Notes: generated by a model from the sequence alone, not told the origin. A stretch of DNA of 42,176 nucleotides from Acidimicrobiia bacterium (GCA_046565785.1 JBKHXZ010000187.1:1-42176); one strand, 5' to 3'; positions 19,906 through 29,236 are shown, counted from the first letter of the stretch. Numbers and translations are program-made.

Positions 19906-20610
19906 TCACCGACAGGCGTCGACCAGCCACCCGAACAGCGGTTGCTCGTCGTCCAGGTCGAGGCGTTCCGGGTGCCATTGCACGGCGAGTGCCGGCCAGT
20001 CGTCGGTGGTTGCCAGGGCTTCCGGTCGACCGTCGTCGGCGAAGGCCAGCACCTCCAGCCCGTCTCCGACCCGATCGACGGACTGGTGGTGGTAGCTGTT
20101 CACCCGGCGGCGGTCCTTCCCGTAGAGGTCGCGGAGGATGCCGGTGAGGGCCACGTCGTGGGTGCCGAGCCGGAGGAACGTCTTGTCCTTGTTCCACAGG
20201 TCGGGATGCGCCTCGGAATCCCACACGTGCTGTTCGAGCGTGCCACCGAATGCGATATTGAGGATCTGGGCACCGCGGCAGATCCCCAACAGTGGTTTCC
20301 CCACCGCCCTGGCGGTCTCGACCAAGGCCAGCTACCACCGGTCCCGCAGCGGGTCGATCTCGCTGCTGGCCTGGTTGTCCGCGCCGTAGACGGCAGGGTC
20401 GATGTCTCCTCCACCGCTGACGAGGATGCCGTCCATCCGGTCGACCACCCGAGCTGCATGCTCCGGGTCGATCGACGGCAACAGCACCGGGGTGGCGCCG
20501 GCGGCGACCAGCGCTGTCGTGTAGGTGGAGGACAGCATGTGGTGGCGTTCGCGGTGGGCGATGTTGGTGTCGTAGTCCCGCTCCCAGCAGGAGATACCGA
20601 TGAGTGGCAT
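19906..20610 (-). pseudogene. Gamma-glutamyl-gamma-aminobutyrate hydrolase family (peptidase C26, PuuD-like) with in-frame TAG at 20332-20334
   Basis: DGILVSGGGDIDP, RDRW*LAL (family has RD..E), LGICRGAQ, VNSYHHQ, AVQWHPE; both ORF halves are in the same frame. Confidence 0.85.
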
Positions 20611-20653
20611 GGGGGAAGGGTATTCCGATCGGGCTGTGCTGAAATCCAGCGGA

Positions 20654-21004
20654 GTGACTCAGGTGTTCGTCTACGGGACGTTGCGTCGTCGGGGTGTCGC
20701 CGAGGCGTTGCTGGACGGTGCGCGTCGGCCGGCCGTGCTGGCGGATCATGTCCTCTATGGCCGCACCCATCCGTACCCGTTCGTGGTTCCCCGCCCGGGT
20801 GGAATGGTTCACGGTGAGGTGGTTGACATCTCCACGGACCTTCTCGACGAACTCGATGAGTACGAGGGCGACGAGTACGTCAGGGTGGAGAGGACCGTCC
20901 AGACCGATGAGGGCGCTGTCGTGGTTCAGGTCTGGCTATCCGTCGCCGATCCACCCCTTCCCGAATCCGAGCTGATCCGCAGCGGCGATTGGTTCGATCG
21001 GTGA
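20654..21004 (+). CDS. Gamma-glutamylcyclotransferase family (AIG2-like) protein
   Basis: VFVYGTLR, YP, VHGEV, LDELDEYEG, SGDW; probable GTG start at 20654. Confidence 0.87.
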   Translation: MTQVFVYGTLRRRGVAEALLDGARRPAVLADHVLYGRTHPYPFVVPRPGGMVHGEVVDISTDLLDELDEYEGDEYVRVERTVQTDEGAVVVQVWLSVADPPLPESELIRSGDWFDR

Positions 21005-21014
21005 CAATGGCTCG

Positions 21015-22214
21015 ATGATCGACCTCGCCGCCTGCAAGGCACTCGACGCCGCAGATCCACTCGTTTCCTTCCGTCAGCGCTTCGACCTGCCAGATGGCGT
21101 GGTGTATCTCGACGGGAACTCGCTCGGTCCGCTTCCGTCCCACGTCCCGGAGCGGATCGAGCGGGCGGTCCGCGAGGGTTGGGGTGAGGGTCTGATCCGG
21201 TCGTGGAACACCGAGGGCTGGGTCGACCTGCCGTATCAGGCCGGAGATCGCATCGCCCGGGTGATCGGACGAGAGCCAGGGACGGTCGTCGTTTGTGATT
21301 CGACCTCGGTGAACCTGTTCAAGGTGGTGTCCGCCGCCCTGGACATGACCGACCGCAAGGTGGTGCTCAGTGACTCAGCCAACTTCCCGACCGACCTGTA
21401 CGTCATGTCGTCGCTGGCGGAGTTGCGGATCGTCGAACCGGACGCCGTGATCGAATCGATCACAGATGAGGTCGGCGTCGTGGCACTCACCCAGGTGGGG
21501 TATGCCACCGGCCGGATGCACGACATGGCCGCGATCACCCCGGCGGCTCATGCGGCGGGCGCATTGATGGTCTGGGATCTGGCGCATTCGGCCGGGGCGA
21601 TGCCGATCGATCTCGGCGACGCCGATTTCGCAGTCGGGTGCGGGTACAAGTACCTGAATGGCGGCCCGGGAGCACCGGCGTTCCTCTATGTGCGCCCCGA
21701 TCTCCTCCCTGCCTTTCGGAATCCGATCACCGGGTGGTTCGGCCATGCCGCCCCTTTCGACTTCTCACTCGACTTCGTTCCTGCCGAGGGGATCACCCGA
21801 GCGCGGGTGGGAACCCCTCACGTGTTGTCGCTGGTGGCGTTGGATGCGGCGTTGGAGGTCTTCGACGATGTCGACCTCGATGTCGTTCGGGAGAAATCGG
21901 TCTCTCTGACAGAGACATTCATCCAGCTCGTCGATCAGTCGGAGCTGCCGTTGGATGTGGTCAGCCCCCGTGACGCCTCGGTCCGCGGCTCACAGGTCTG
22001 CCTTCGTCACCCCGACGGGTACGCCATCGTCCAAGCCCTGATCGACCGAGGCGTGATCGGCGACTTCCGGAGTCCGGACGTGTTGCGTTTCGGCTTTGCC
22101 CCGCTCTACATCTCTCACGTCGACGTATTCGAGGCGGTGCGGGTGTTGGGAGAGGTGATGGAGTCCGGCGCGTACCGACACCCGAGGTACGCCTCCCGCA
22201 ACAAGGTCACATGA
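21015..22214 (+). CDS. kynU: Kynureninase
   Basis: YLDGNSLG, DSTSVNLFK, NFPTDLY, WDLAHSAG, PLP lysine GCGYKYLNGGPG, RGSQV, GVIGDFR. Confidence 0.95.
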   Translation: MIDLAACKALDAADPLVSFRQRFDLPDGVVYLDGNSLGPLPSHVPERIERAVREGWGEGLIRSWNTEGWVDLPYQAGDRIARVIGREPGTVVVCDSTSVNLFKVVSAALDMTDRKVVLSDSANFPTDLYVMSSLAELRIVEPDAVIESITDEVGVVALTQVGYATGRMHDMAAITPAAHAAGALMVWDLAHSAGAMPIDLGDADFAVGCGYKYLNGGPGAPAFLYVRPDLLPAFRNPITGWFGHAAPFDFSLDFVPAEGITRARVGTPHVLSLVALDAALEVFDDVDLDVVREKSVSLTETFIQLVDQSELPLDVVSPRDASVRGSQVCLRHPDGYAIVQALIDRGVIGDFRSPDVLRFGFAPLYISHVDVFEAVRVLGEVMESGAYRHPRYASRNKVT

Positions 22215-22218
22215 CGAA

Positions 22219-22246
22219 GGGGCGGGAGCCGTACGACTCCCGCCCC
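22219..22246. terminator. Hairpin between convergent kynU and fasciclin genes
   Basis: ggggcgggag-N8-ctcccgcccc, perfect 10-bp stem. Confidence 0.75.
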
Positions 22247-22271
22247 AACTCGTCCGCTTGGTCCGGTCGGG

Positions 22272-22910
22272 TCAGGAACCCGGCACGAGGACGGTGTCGA
22301 TGATGTGGACGGTGGCGTTGGCGGTCTGGACGTTGCCGCAGATGACGCTGGCACCGTTGACAGTGATGGTGTCACCGTCGGTGGTGATGGTCAGGTCTGC
22401 TCCGTTGACGGTGGTCACGGTTCCGGCGTCGGCCAGGGCTTGGGCGTCGAGGGAGGCGCCTGCCACCACGTGGTAGGTGAGGATCGAGGTCAGCAGTTCG
22501 GTGTCGGCCAGGATCGCCTCGAGGTCTTCGGCCGGGATGGCGGCGAAGGCGTCGTTGTAGGGGGCGAAGATGGTGAACGGTCCTTCACTGTTGAGGGTGT
22601 CGACCAGTCCGGCTTCGACCACGGCGCTGACCAGGGTGGACAGGACCGGGTTGTTGGATGCGGCGGTGGCGGCCGGATCGTCGGCCATCCCGTCGAACGA
22701 ACCCTCACCGTCCATCGGCACTGCCGAGCACGCCGGTCCGAAGTTGACGGTGGACAGACCCATGTCGTCCATCTCTTCCATCGCCTCGGTGGTGGTCGTG
22801 GCGGGAGCCACGGTCGTGGTGGTCGTGTCTTCGGCGTCGCCGCTGCTGCAGGCGCCGAGAACCAGGGCGAAGATCGCCATGAGGGCGACCAGTCGTACGT
22901 GCTTTCTCAT
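22272..22910 (-). CDS. Fasciclin-domain lipoprotein (MPT83/MPT70-like)
   Basis: Lipobox LGAC, Thr-rich linker, FGPAC...GSFDGMADDPAATAASNNPVLSTL, FTIFAP, LTYHVV, VICGNVQTANATVHIIDTVL; RBS GAAAGGA. Confidence 0.93.
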   Translation of the reverse strand: MRKHVRLVALMAIFALVLGACSSGDAEDTTTTTVAPATTTTEAMEEMDDMGLSTVNFGPACSAVPMDGEGSFDGMADDPAATAASNNPVLSTLVSAVVEAGLVDTLNSEGPFTIFAPYNDAFAAIPAEDLEAILADTELLTSILTYHVVAGASLDAQALADAGTVTTVNGADLTITTDGDTITVNGASVICGNVQTANATVHIIDTVLVPGS

Positions 22911-22954
22911 CGTGTGTTCCTTTCGGTCTCGACCCTCGGTGGGGTCGGGGGTGG

Positions 22955-22981
22955 TTCGGAGCAGGGGGAGGGTTGGATTGG
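22955..22981 (-). promoter_or_regulatory. SigK-type promoter of the fasciclin gene
   Basis: Minus strand CCAATCC-aaccctccccctgct-CCGAAC. Confidence 0.8.
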
Positions 22982-24490
22982 TCAGGCGTCGACGAGGACC
23001 ACGATCGAATGCCACCCGGTCGCACCGTCGGGGATGGGCCGGGCCCGCTGTTCGGTTTGCACCGTGCCGGTGCCGTCGGTGGCACGGCAGGTGATCTGGT
23101 GTCGGCCGGGGGTGGCATCCCACGCCAGACGCCACTGCCGCCAGGTGACGTCGTTCAGCTCGTCGGCCAGTTCGGCGTCTTGCCAGGGACCGTCGTCGAT
23201 CTGCACTTCGACCCGTTCGATGCCTCGGGTCTGTGCCCATGCGACCCCGGCGATGGCGGTTCGACCGACCGGGATACGCCCAAGGGGGGCGGGAGTGTCG
23301 ATGCGGGATTGGGTCTTGATCGGTGCTCGAGGTGACCAGCCGCGATCGACCCAGTAGTGGTCGAACTGGTCGAAACGGGTCAGTTCGATCTCGGCCAGCC
23401 ATTTGGTTGCCGACACGTATCCGTACAGGCCGGGAACGATCAGCCGGGCCGGAAACCCGTGTTCCGGCGGGAGAGGTTCACCGTTCATGCCGATCGCCAC
23501 CAGGGCGTCCCTGCCGTCGAGGACCGAGACGGGGAACCCGCAGGTGTACCGGTCGACCGAGCGGCCCACGATCTGGTCGGCCTGTGGCTGGATTCCCGCC
23601 TCGGCCAGCAGGTCGTCGAGGCGGACGCCCAGCCAGCGGGCATTGCCGACCAGCTTGCCGCCGACCTCATTGGAGACACAGGTGAGCGTGATGTCGGATT
23701 CGACCAGTACTCGGTCGACGAGTTCGTCGAAGGTGATGCTGAACGGTCGGTCCACCATTCCGGATATCTGCAGGGTCCAGGTGTCGGGGTCGATACGGGG
23801 GACGGTGAGGGCGGTGTCGATTCGGTAGAAGTCGGTGTTGGGGGTGACGAAGGGATCCAGGCCGGGATCGGCGAACGACACTTCGTCGGGAATCGGATCG
23901 AGGGTTCGGTCGGGGCGGGGAAGCGCCAGCCGGGAGGGCTCGATGTCGAACCGGCGTCCGGCGGCGAAGCCGATCCCGCCAACGAGGACCGACGCCGCCG
24001 CCGCCGAACCGGCGATACGGAAGAACTGGCGCCGGGACGCGGCCAGATGGGGGTCCATCTGCGGTGTGTCTCGAACCAGCCACATGAGCACTGCGATCCC
24101 GACCCCGGCTCCGATCAGGCTGGGTAGAGCGCCGAGCAACCCGGCGGTGCCCACTGATGCGGAGACGGCCCCGATCAGCCCGAACAGTCCGACGCCGAAG
24201 GCCCCGAGGAGGCGGCTGCGCCGCGCTGCGATCACACCCACGGCAGCCGAGTACGCGAAGGTCAGGGTGGCGATCCCGACCAGGAGGGCGGGCTTGTCGG
24301 CGGTCCCGAACACGTCGATAGCGAACTCCTTGACCGCCGACGGCACGCCGTCGATCACCCGGTCGCCGACATCGAAGATCGGGTTGCGTAGGGCAGGAGA
24401 GAGCGCGGCGACAGCTTGAGCGGCGGCGAGTGCGGCCAGGGCCGCCACGGTTCCGGCGACCGCGCCGCGGGTACGAGATGTGGGGGTCAT
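22982..24490 (-). CDS. Membrane-anchored molybdopterin-dependent oxidoreductase (sulfite oxidase family)
   Basis: N-terminal TM domain (FGTADK), SRRQFF, FYRIDTAL, Mo-ligand TLTCVSN, GNARWLGV, HGFPARLIVPGLYGYVSATKW, C-terminal dimerisation domain AGVAWA...PDGATGWH. Confidence 0.92.
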   Translation of the reverse strand: MTPTSRTRGAVAGTVAALAALAAAQAVAALSPALRNPIFDVGDRVIDGVPSAVKEFAIDVFGTADKPALLVGIATLTFAYSAAVGVIAARRSRLLGAFGVGLFGLIGAVSASVGTAGLLGALPSLIGAGVGIAVLMWLVRDTPQMDPHLAASRRQFFRIAGSAAAASVLVGGIGFAAGRRFDIEPSRLALPRPDRTLDPIPDEVSFADPGLDPFVTPNTDFYRIDTALTVPRIDPDTWTLQISGMVDRPFSITFDELVDRVLVESDITLTCVSNEVGGKLVGNARWLGVRLDDLLAEAGIQPQADQIVGRSVDRYTCGFPVSVLDGRDALVAIGMNGEPLPPEHGFPARLIVPGLYGYVSATKWLAEIELTRFDQFDHYWVDRGWSPRAPIKTQSRIDTPAPLGRIPVGRTAIAGVAWAQTRGIERVEVQIDDGPWQDAELADELNDVTWRQWRLAWDATPGRHQITCRATDGTGTVQTEQRARPIPDGATGWHSIVVLVDA

Positions 24491-24498
24491 GGCCCAGG

Positions 24499-24525
24499 TT
24501 CGGAGCGGCTTCAGTCCCGGATGGG
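24499..24525 (-). promoter_or_regulatory. SigK-type promoter of the Mo-oxidoreductase (near-leaderless)
   Basis: Minus strand CCCATCC-gggactgaagccgct-CCGAA, 8 nt before the ATG at 24490. Confidence 0.8.
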
Positions 24526-24596
24526 TGGCGCCCCTTGACCCGAGACGGATCGCGGATACCGTGTGGACGGGGCAAGGGCAGCCTCGGGAGGCAATC

Positions 24597-25193
24597 GTGA
24601 AGGGCTCGCTGGGCTGGCGGGTTCGATCCTCACCCGGCAATGGCGGAAGGTTCTTCTGTCCGCTCGAAGGCGGGGATCGGGACTACATCAGATCGGACGT
24701 TCGGCGTTGGTTCGCGCCTTTCGGGATCCCCCTGTGGTCGTCGCATCGGCTGGGTGAATACATCCGATGTGTCGAGTGCCAGCAGACATTCACCACCGAA
24801 GTGCTGGAGATCCTCACCACCGAGGAGATGTCGATCCGCCTCGAGCGGGCAGCGGTCATGCTGCTCTCCACGATGGCGGCTCGCTCCGGTGATTCCGACA
24901 CGGTGCGCGAGGTCGCCGAACGGGAGCTTCGCCGCTACGTCCGGCATCCGTTCACGGCGCACGTCGGTGGGGAGGCATGGAAGCTCGAGGATCTGGTGGA
25001 GGCGGTGTCGTCGGCGGCGGTGAACATGGAGCATTTGGGACGCCGGGGCCTGTTCGCTGCGGCGGTCCGGGTGGCGCATGCCAATGGCAGTCTGACCAGT
25101 CAGGCGTTCGCCGCTCTACACGCTGCCGGCGGTGCCCTCCGTCTGCCGATGCCCACCATCCGCACCCTCATCATCTCCGCCGGCGTCGGCTGA
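24597..25193 (+). CDS. Zinc-ribbon plus TerB-like helical domain protein
   Basis: FFCPLEGGDRDY...RRWF..FGIPL...YIRCVECQQTF ribbon, then helical domain AVRVAHANG...LHAAGGALRL; GGAGG RBS before GTG. Confidence 0.65.
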   Translation: MKGSLGWRVRSSPGNGGRFFCPLEGGDRDYIRSDVRRWFAPFGIPLWSSHRLGEYIRCVECQQTFTTEVLEILTTEEMSIRLERAAVMLLSTMAARSGDSDTVREVAERELRRYVRHPFTAHVGGEAWKLEDLVEAVSSAAVNMEHLGRRGLFAAAVRVAHANGSLTSQAFAALHAAGGALRLPMPTIRTLIISAGVG

Positions 25194-25265
25194 GAAGACG
25201 CGTACCGAGGTTCCTGTGGACGAATACGTCCGAATTCGCGTGGTGGTTCGACCGTCGATGCCACG

Positions 25266-26054
25266 ATGAGGACGATGTCCGAGAACCCGTACGCCGACTA
25301 TCTGGCCCTCGAACCCCTCCTCGCCCAACAGCATCCGGTGTCAGACCAACACGACGAGATGCTGTTCATCGTCATCCACCAGGCCACCGAGCTGTGGATG
25401 AAACTAGTGCTGCACGAAGTCGCTCTCGCCCAACACAAGATCGCCACCGACGACCTTGGGCCGGCTTTCAAGGCTCTTGCCCGGATCGCCCGCATCCAGC
25501 ATGTCCTGATCGAGTCGTGGCAGGTGCTCGCCACCATGACCCCGGTCGACTACCTGCAGTTCCGTCACATGTTGGGCAACGCGTCAGGATTCCAGTCCGA
25601 GCAGTACCGGGCCATCGAGTTCGTGTTCGGTCGAAGGCCGGTCGGGTATCTCAACCAGCTCGACGACGCCGGACGGGAGCGGGTCGAACAGATCCGGCGG
25701 TCCCCCGGCCTTTACGACGAAGCGCTGCGGCTGCTCGCCCGGAGGGGACTCGTATCCGACCGGTGGTTGGAACGAGATTGGACGGTCCAGCACGAACTCG
25801 ACGAGGAGGTGGTCGAGGCGTGGATGGCGGTGTACCGGGACACCGAAGATCACTGGGATCTGTACGAGCTGGCCGAGAAGCTGGTCGACCTCGAGCACGC
25901 CTTCAGCCGCTGGCGGTACGAGCACTACCGGACGGTGCACCGGATCATCGGGGGCAAGCGCGGCACCGGCGGCACCGAAGGCATGACCTATCTCCGGAAG
26001 GCGGTCGACTTCGTGTTCTTCCCCGAGTTGTGGGAAGTACGGTCGCGGCTCTAG
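25266..26054 (+). CDS. kynA: Tryptophan 2,3-dioxygenase
   Basis: YADYLAL, HDEMLFIVIHQATELWMK, ASGFQS.QYR, WRYEH, RIIGGKRGTGGT, FFPELWEVR; start 25266 or 25275. Confidence 0.95.
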   Translation: MRTMSENPYADYLALEPLLAQQHPVSDQHDEMLFIVIHQATELWMKLVLHEVALAQHKIATDDLGPAFKALARIARIQHVLIESWQVLATMTPVDYLQFRHMLGNASGFQSEQYRAIEFVFGRRPVGYLNQLDDAGRERVEQIRRSPGLYDEALRLLARRGLVSDRWLERDWTVQHELDEEVVEAWMAVYRDTEDHWDLYELAEKLVDLEHAFSRWRYEHYRTVHRIIGGKRGTGGTEGMTYLRKAVDFVFFPELWEVRSRL

Positions 26055-26061
26055 CGACCGA

Positions 26062-26352
26062 CTAGAACGGGACTTCGGTCTGGAGCGCGACGACTTTCAC
26101 GTCGACCAGCTCCCCGTCGATGACGTCACCCACCTGCGGACCGACCAGCGCCTTCGCTCGTTGGCCGTCGGCCAGATCGAGGATGGCCGGCATGGTCTTG
26201 TCCGCCAGGGCAGCGTGCTTGTAGAGGCGGATCACCCCGCCCCAGGTGGCACCGGTTTCCGGGTCACGCCGTTCGAGGATCGCCTTTCCCACATCCACCA
26301 ACAGTCCGTTGGTGTCGAGGATGCGGGCGCGCCCGGTAAACGTGTCACTCAT
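26062..26352 (-). CDS. Hypothetical small beta-rich protein
   Basis: MSDTFTGRARILDTNG...WGGVI...EVPF, 96 aa, fills the gap between kynA and a repeat. Confidence 0.6.
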   Translation of the reverse strand: MSDTFTGRARILDTNGLLVDVGKAILERRDPETGATWGGVIRLYKHAALADKTMPAILDLADGQRAKALVGPQVGDVIDGELVDVKVVALQTEVPF

Positions 26353-26380
26353 GCCGCCGGCGAGAGTAGTCGGGTCCCCC

Positions 26381-26517
26381 GACGCGTTCTTAGCGGGCCA
26401 GCGCCGCACAGATGAGGCGCTCCGCGTATTGGAAATTGACGATCGCTGTGGGAGCGTGAAGCAAGTTCTTTTGCGCGAAACGCGTGATGGTTGAGGCGCT
26501 CACACGCTGAGCGCGTC
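26381..26517. repeat. REP-like family B, degenerate copy
   Basis: cgcgttcttagcgggccagcgc (26383-26404) matches 30438-30459 at 21/22; right end gcgaaacgcgtgat...gcgctca..cgct matches the right arm of 30442-30550. Confidence 0.7.
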
Positions 26518-27907
26518 AGCCGAGGGTGCGGAGGGCGTCCCAGAGGAGGAAGCCGCCGACGCTGGTCACGGCGAGGCCGGCGAGGGCGGGGACGAGGCGG
26601 CGGGGGAGGGCGATGCGCCGTTGGATCCGGTCGAGTCCGGCCTTCGACAGGCGGAGAGCCACGAGACCGGCGGCCACCAACGCCACCGACATGCCCACCC
26701 CGAACCCGAAGACCAGCAGCACCCCGAACCAGGGCCGACCGATCGCCACGGCTCCCAGCAACAGCACCACTGCCGACGCCGAGGGGACCAGGCCGCCGGC
26801 CAGCCCGAGCGCCGCCAGTGATCGCCAGCCCAGGTCGGGCAGTTCGTGGTGGTGGTGGTGGTGTTCGTGTTCGTCGTGGTGGCTGTGTGCGTGATGGTCG
26901 TGATCGTGATCGTGGTCGTGATCGTGATGAGCGCGGCCTCGGATGGCTTTCACCAGCAGCGCCACTCCCAGCCCGGTCACGATCAGTGCCGACCCCGTGG
27001 TCAGCCACGGGTACACCCGGTCGGGCTGGAAGGTGCTCGAGGCGACCGCCGTCACCAATCCCAACACGCCCACCCCGACGGTGTGGCTGACCGCCACTGC
27101 CAGGCCAAGCCCGACCGCCTGACGGGGGCGACCGCGGCGTCCCACCAGGTAGGCGGCCATCAGGGTCTTGCCGTGGCCGGGGGCGAGGGCGTGGGTGACC
27201 CCGAGCCCGACTGCCGCGACCAGGGCGACGAGCCCTCCCGCAGAACCGTCGGACGCAAGACCGGTCGCCAGACGGGCGGTGACCCCGTTCGAGTCGGGTT
27301 TCGCCAGGGCTGCTGCGGCGACCTCGCCGGCTTCTCCCAGTGTGATGGTGGCCTGCCGTTGGGCGAGTGGACTCGTGTCCGGATACTCGGTGAGAAGTTT
27401 GGACGGTGACGACGATGGAATCCCCTCGGCCGAACCGCCGGTCACCACCATCTCCACCCAGCCGATCCGCTCCTCGTAGACGAGGTTGGACACGTCGAGT
27501 GATCCGATACCGGCTGGCAGCGTGGCGGTGTAAGAGCATTCGACCCGCAGGGTGTGCAGGTCGCCTTCGCCCGGCAGCAGTGACGCGGTGCTGGTGGATG
27601 CCGTGAGAGCGATCGGCGTGGCGTCGGACTCGATCGCGAGTGTCTGCCGGTGCTCGGTGCACGAGGCTGCGGCGTAGGAGTCGAGTTCGTCGTCGCTCAT
27701 CGTCCCGTCGTCGTCTGCGTCGAGCGGCTCACGGAACGTGGGGATCTCCGCCATGTCGACGATCAGACGGACGTCGAGCCGGTCTTCGTCGATGTGGATA
27801 CCGAGATGCAGGTTGGTAGTGAAGTTCCCCAGCGGGTGGGCGAGGGCGGGCACAGCCACCGTGAGCAGTGTCCCGGTCAGGATCGTGAGGAGAAGGAGAC
27901 GCTTCAT
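26516..27907 (-). CDS. RcnA/HoxN-like Ni/Co transporter with N-terminal extracytoplasmic domain and His-rich loop
   Basis: Signal peptide ending ALA then HPLGNF; GVTHALAPGHGKT, SHTVGV, HHDHDHDHDHDHHAHSHHDEHEHHHHHH, GLVPSASA. Confidence 0.85.
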   Translation of the reverse strand: MKRLLLLTILTGTLLTVAVPALAHPLGNFTTNLHLGIHIDEDRLDVRLIVDMAEIPTFREPLDADDDGTMSDDELDSYAAASCTEHRQTLAIESDATPIALTASTSTASLLPGEGDLHTLRVECSYTATLPAGIGSLDVSNLVYEERIGWVEMVVTGGSAEGIPSSSPSKLLTEYPDTSPLAQRQATITLGEAGEVAAAALAKPDSNGVTARLATGLASDGSAGGLVALVAAVGLGVTHALAPGHGKTLMAAYLVGRRGRPRQAVGLGLAVAVSHTVGVGVLGLVTAVASSTFQPDRVYPWLTTGSALIVTGLGVALLVKAIRGRAHHDHDHDHDHDHHAHSHHDEHEHHHHHHELPDLGWRSLAALGLAGGLVPSASAVVLLLGAVAIGRPWFGVLLVFGFGVGMSVALVAAGLVALRLSKAGLDRIQRRIALPRRLVPALAGLAVTSVGGFLLWDALRTLG

Positions 27908-29175
27908 CGTTCTGCCAGTAGTTCGGTGGCGTGGTCCGCCCAGATGGGATGGAAGTTCGGTTGCAGTTCGAGTGCGGCCTGCAGCCGAGTACGAGCCAGG
28001 TCGGCATCGCCGTTGGCGTGGGCGATGAGCCCCGCCCGGTACCAGACGACCGGGTCCGCAACGGTGATCGCCCGGACGGCGTGAGTCTCGGCTTCGGAAA
28101 ACCGTCCCAAGGCTGCCAGCACGGTGGCCATCAGATGGTGGCCGTAGGCATCGTCGCGTTCGGCCAGTTCGGTTTCGGCCATCGACAAGGCCAGTTCGAG
28201 CGCCCGGCCGTGGTCGGCCAGCACTTGGGCGGTCTGACGGCGGAGGGCGGGCTGGTCGAGGGCGGCGATCGCCTCCACGGTGTCCAGTTGTGCGTCCGCT
28301 CCGGCGACGTCTCCGGAGGCTGCCAGCACGTCGGCGAGGAAGCCGAGCGCGGCCGGGTCGGGGGAAACGGATGCGGCGTGTTGTGCCTGAGTGATCGCCT
28401 CGTCCAGGTCAGCGGTGGCCGCGGCGGCACGAGCAGACAGGAGCAGGGCAGCAGGATCGTTGGGGGCGAGTCCGAGGGCATCTTCGGCGAGTCCTCGGGC
28501 GCGATCTGGGTCACCGAACAACAGGTGATAGCGGGCAACGGCAGACCGGTAGAAGACGAGGTCGGCAGCGGGGAGGGAGGCGTCTTCGGCACGGCCGAGT
28601 GCCTCTTCAGCCGCGTCGATCGCTCGATCCGGCATGCCTGTGTAGAGGGCCAGTTCGGCACGGCGGATCAGGATGGCGGGCTCATGCGGATGGAGCCGCT
28701 CGAGGGCGGCGACCTCGTCGGCGGCGTCGGGGAGGCGACCGAGACCCAGCAGGGCGTCGAAAGAGACCGAGCGACGGGCGATGGAGTCGTTGGTGACTTC
28801 GTCGAGTTCGCCCAGTGCCCCGGCGAAGTCGTGCAGAGCCAATCGGGCGCGGGCCAGGTCGATCGCCAGGTCCGGGGTTCGGTCGACTGCGGCGGCGGTT
28901 TCGAGGTGGACGAGCGCACGGTCGTAGTCGTCGAGGTCGTTACCGATCGATGCTCGTTCCAGGTAGAGGCTGCCGAGCCGTGCACGGTTCAGCCAGCTGG
29001 AGGGCTCGGCTTCGACCCGGGCGGCGAACACGCCGATCAGGCGGTCGAGCTCGGTCGGGTCGACGGTGGCCGTGCGGAAACGGACCGGCACTTCTGTGTC
29101 GAGGGCGGCGTTGGCCGCATACAACCCGCCGAGAGTGACGGCGAGAATGACGGTGAGGGCGAGGAGGCGTCGCAT
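27904..29175 (-). CDS. Exported tetratricopeptide-repeat protein
   Basis: N-terminal signal/anchor and Ala-rich TPR helices (LGSLYLERA, ALHDFAGAL, DALLGLGR, WYRAGLIA, ALELQPNFHP); stop overlaps the transporter start. Confidence 0.82.
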   Translation of the reverse strand: MRRLLALTVILAVTLGGLYAANAALDTEVPVRFRTATVDPTELDRLIGVFAARVEAEPSSWLNRARLGSLYLERASIGNDLDDYDRALVHLETAAAVDRTPDLAIDLARARLALHDFAGALGELDEVTNDSIARRSVSFDALLGLGRLPDAADEVAALERLHPHEPAILIRRAELALYTGMPDRAIDAAEEALGRAEDASLPAADLVFYRSAVARYHLLFGDPDRARGLAEDALGLAPNDPAALLLSARAAAATADLDEAITQAQHAASVSPDPAALGFLADVLAASGDVAGADAQLDTVEAIAALDQPALRRQTAQVLADHGRALELALSMAETELAERDDAYGHHLMATVLAALGRFSEAETHAVRAITVADPVVWYRAGLIAHANGDADLARTRLQAALELQPNFHPIWADHATELLAER

Positions 29176-29189
29176 GGGGCGAGGTGAGG

Positions 29190-29228
29190 TGTCGGGGAGA
29201 CGGGCGGAAGGATCCCGCCTCCCCGACA
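29190..29228 (-). terminator. Intra-operon stem-loop after the DUF4331 gene
   Basis: tgtcggggagacggg / cccgcctccccgaca, 14/15 complementary. Confidence 0.65.
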
Positions 29229-29236
29229 GACCTGAC

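Noticed and set aside
25209-25234. GGTTCC-N15-CCGAA upstream of kynA as a fifth SigK-type promoter
   Set aside because: The -10 and spacing fit, but the -35 matches only TCC and the conserved C after CCGAA is absent; not counted
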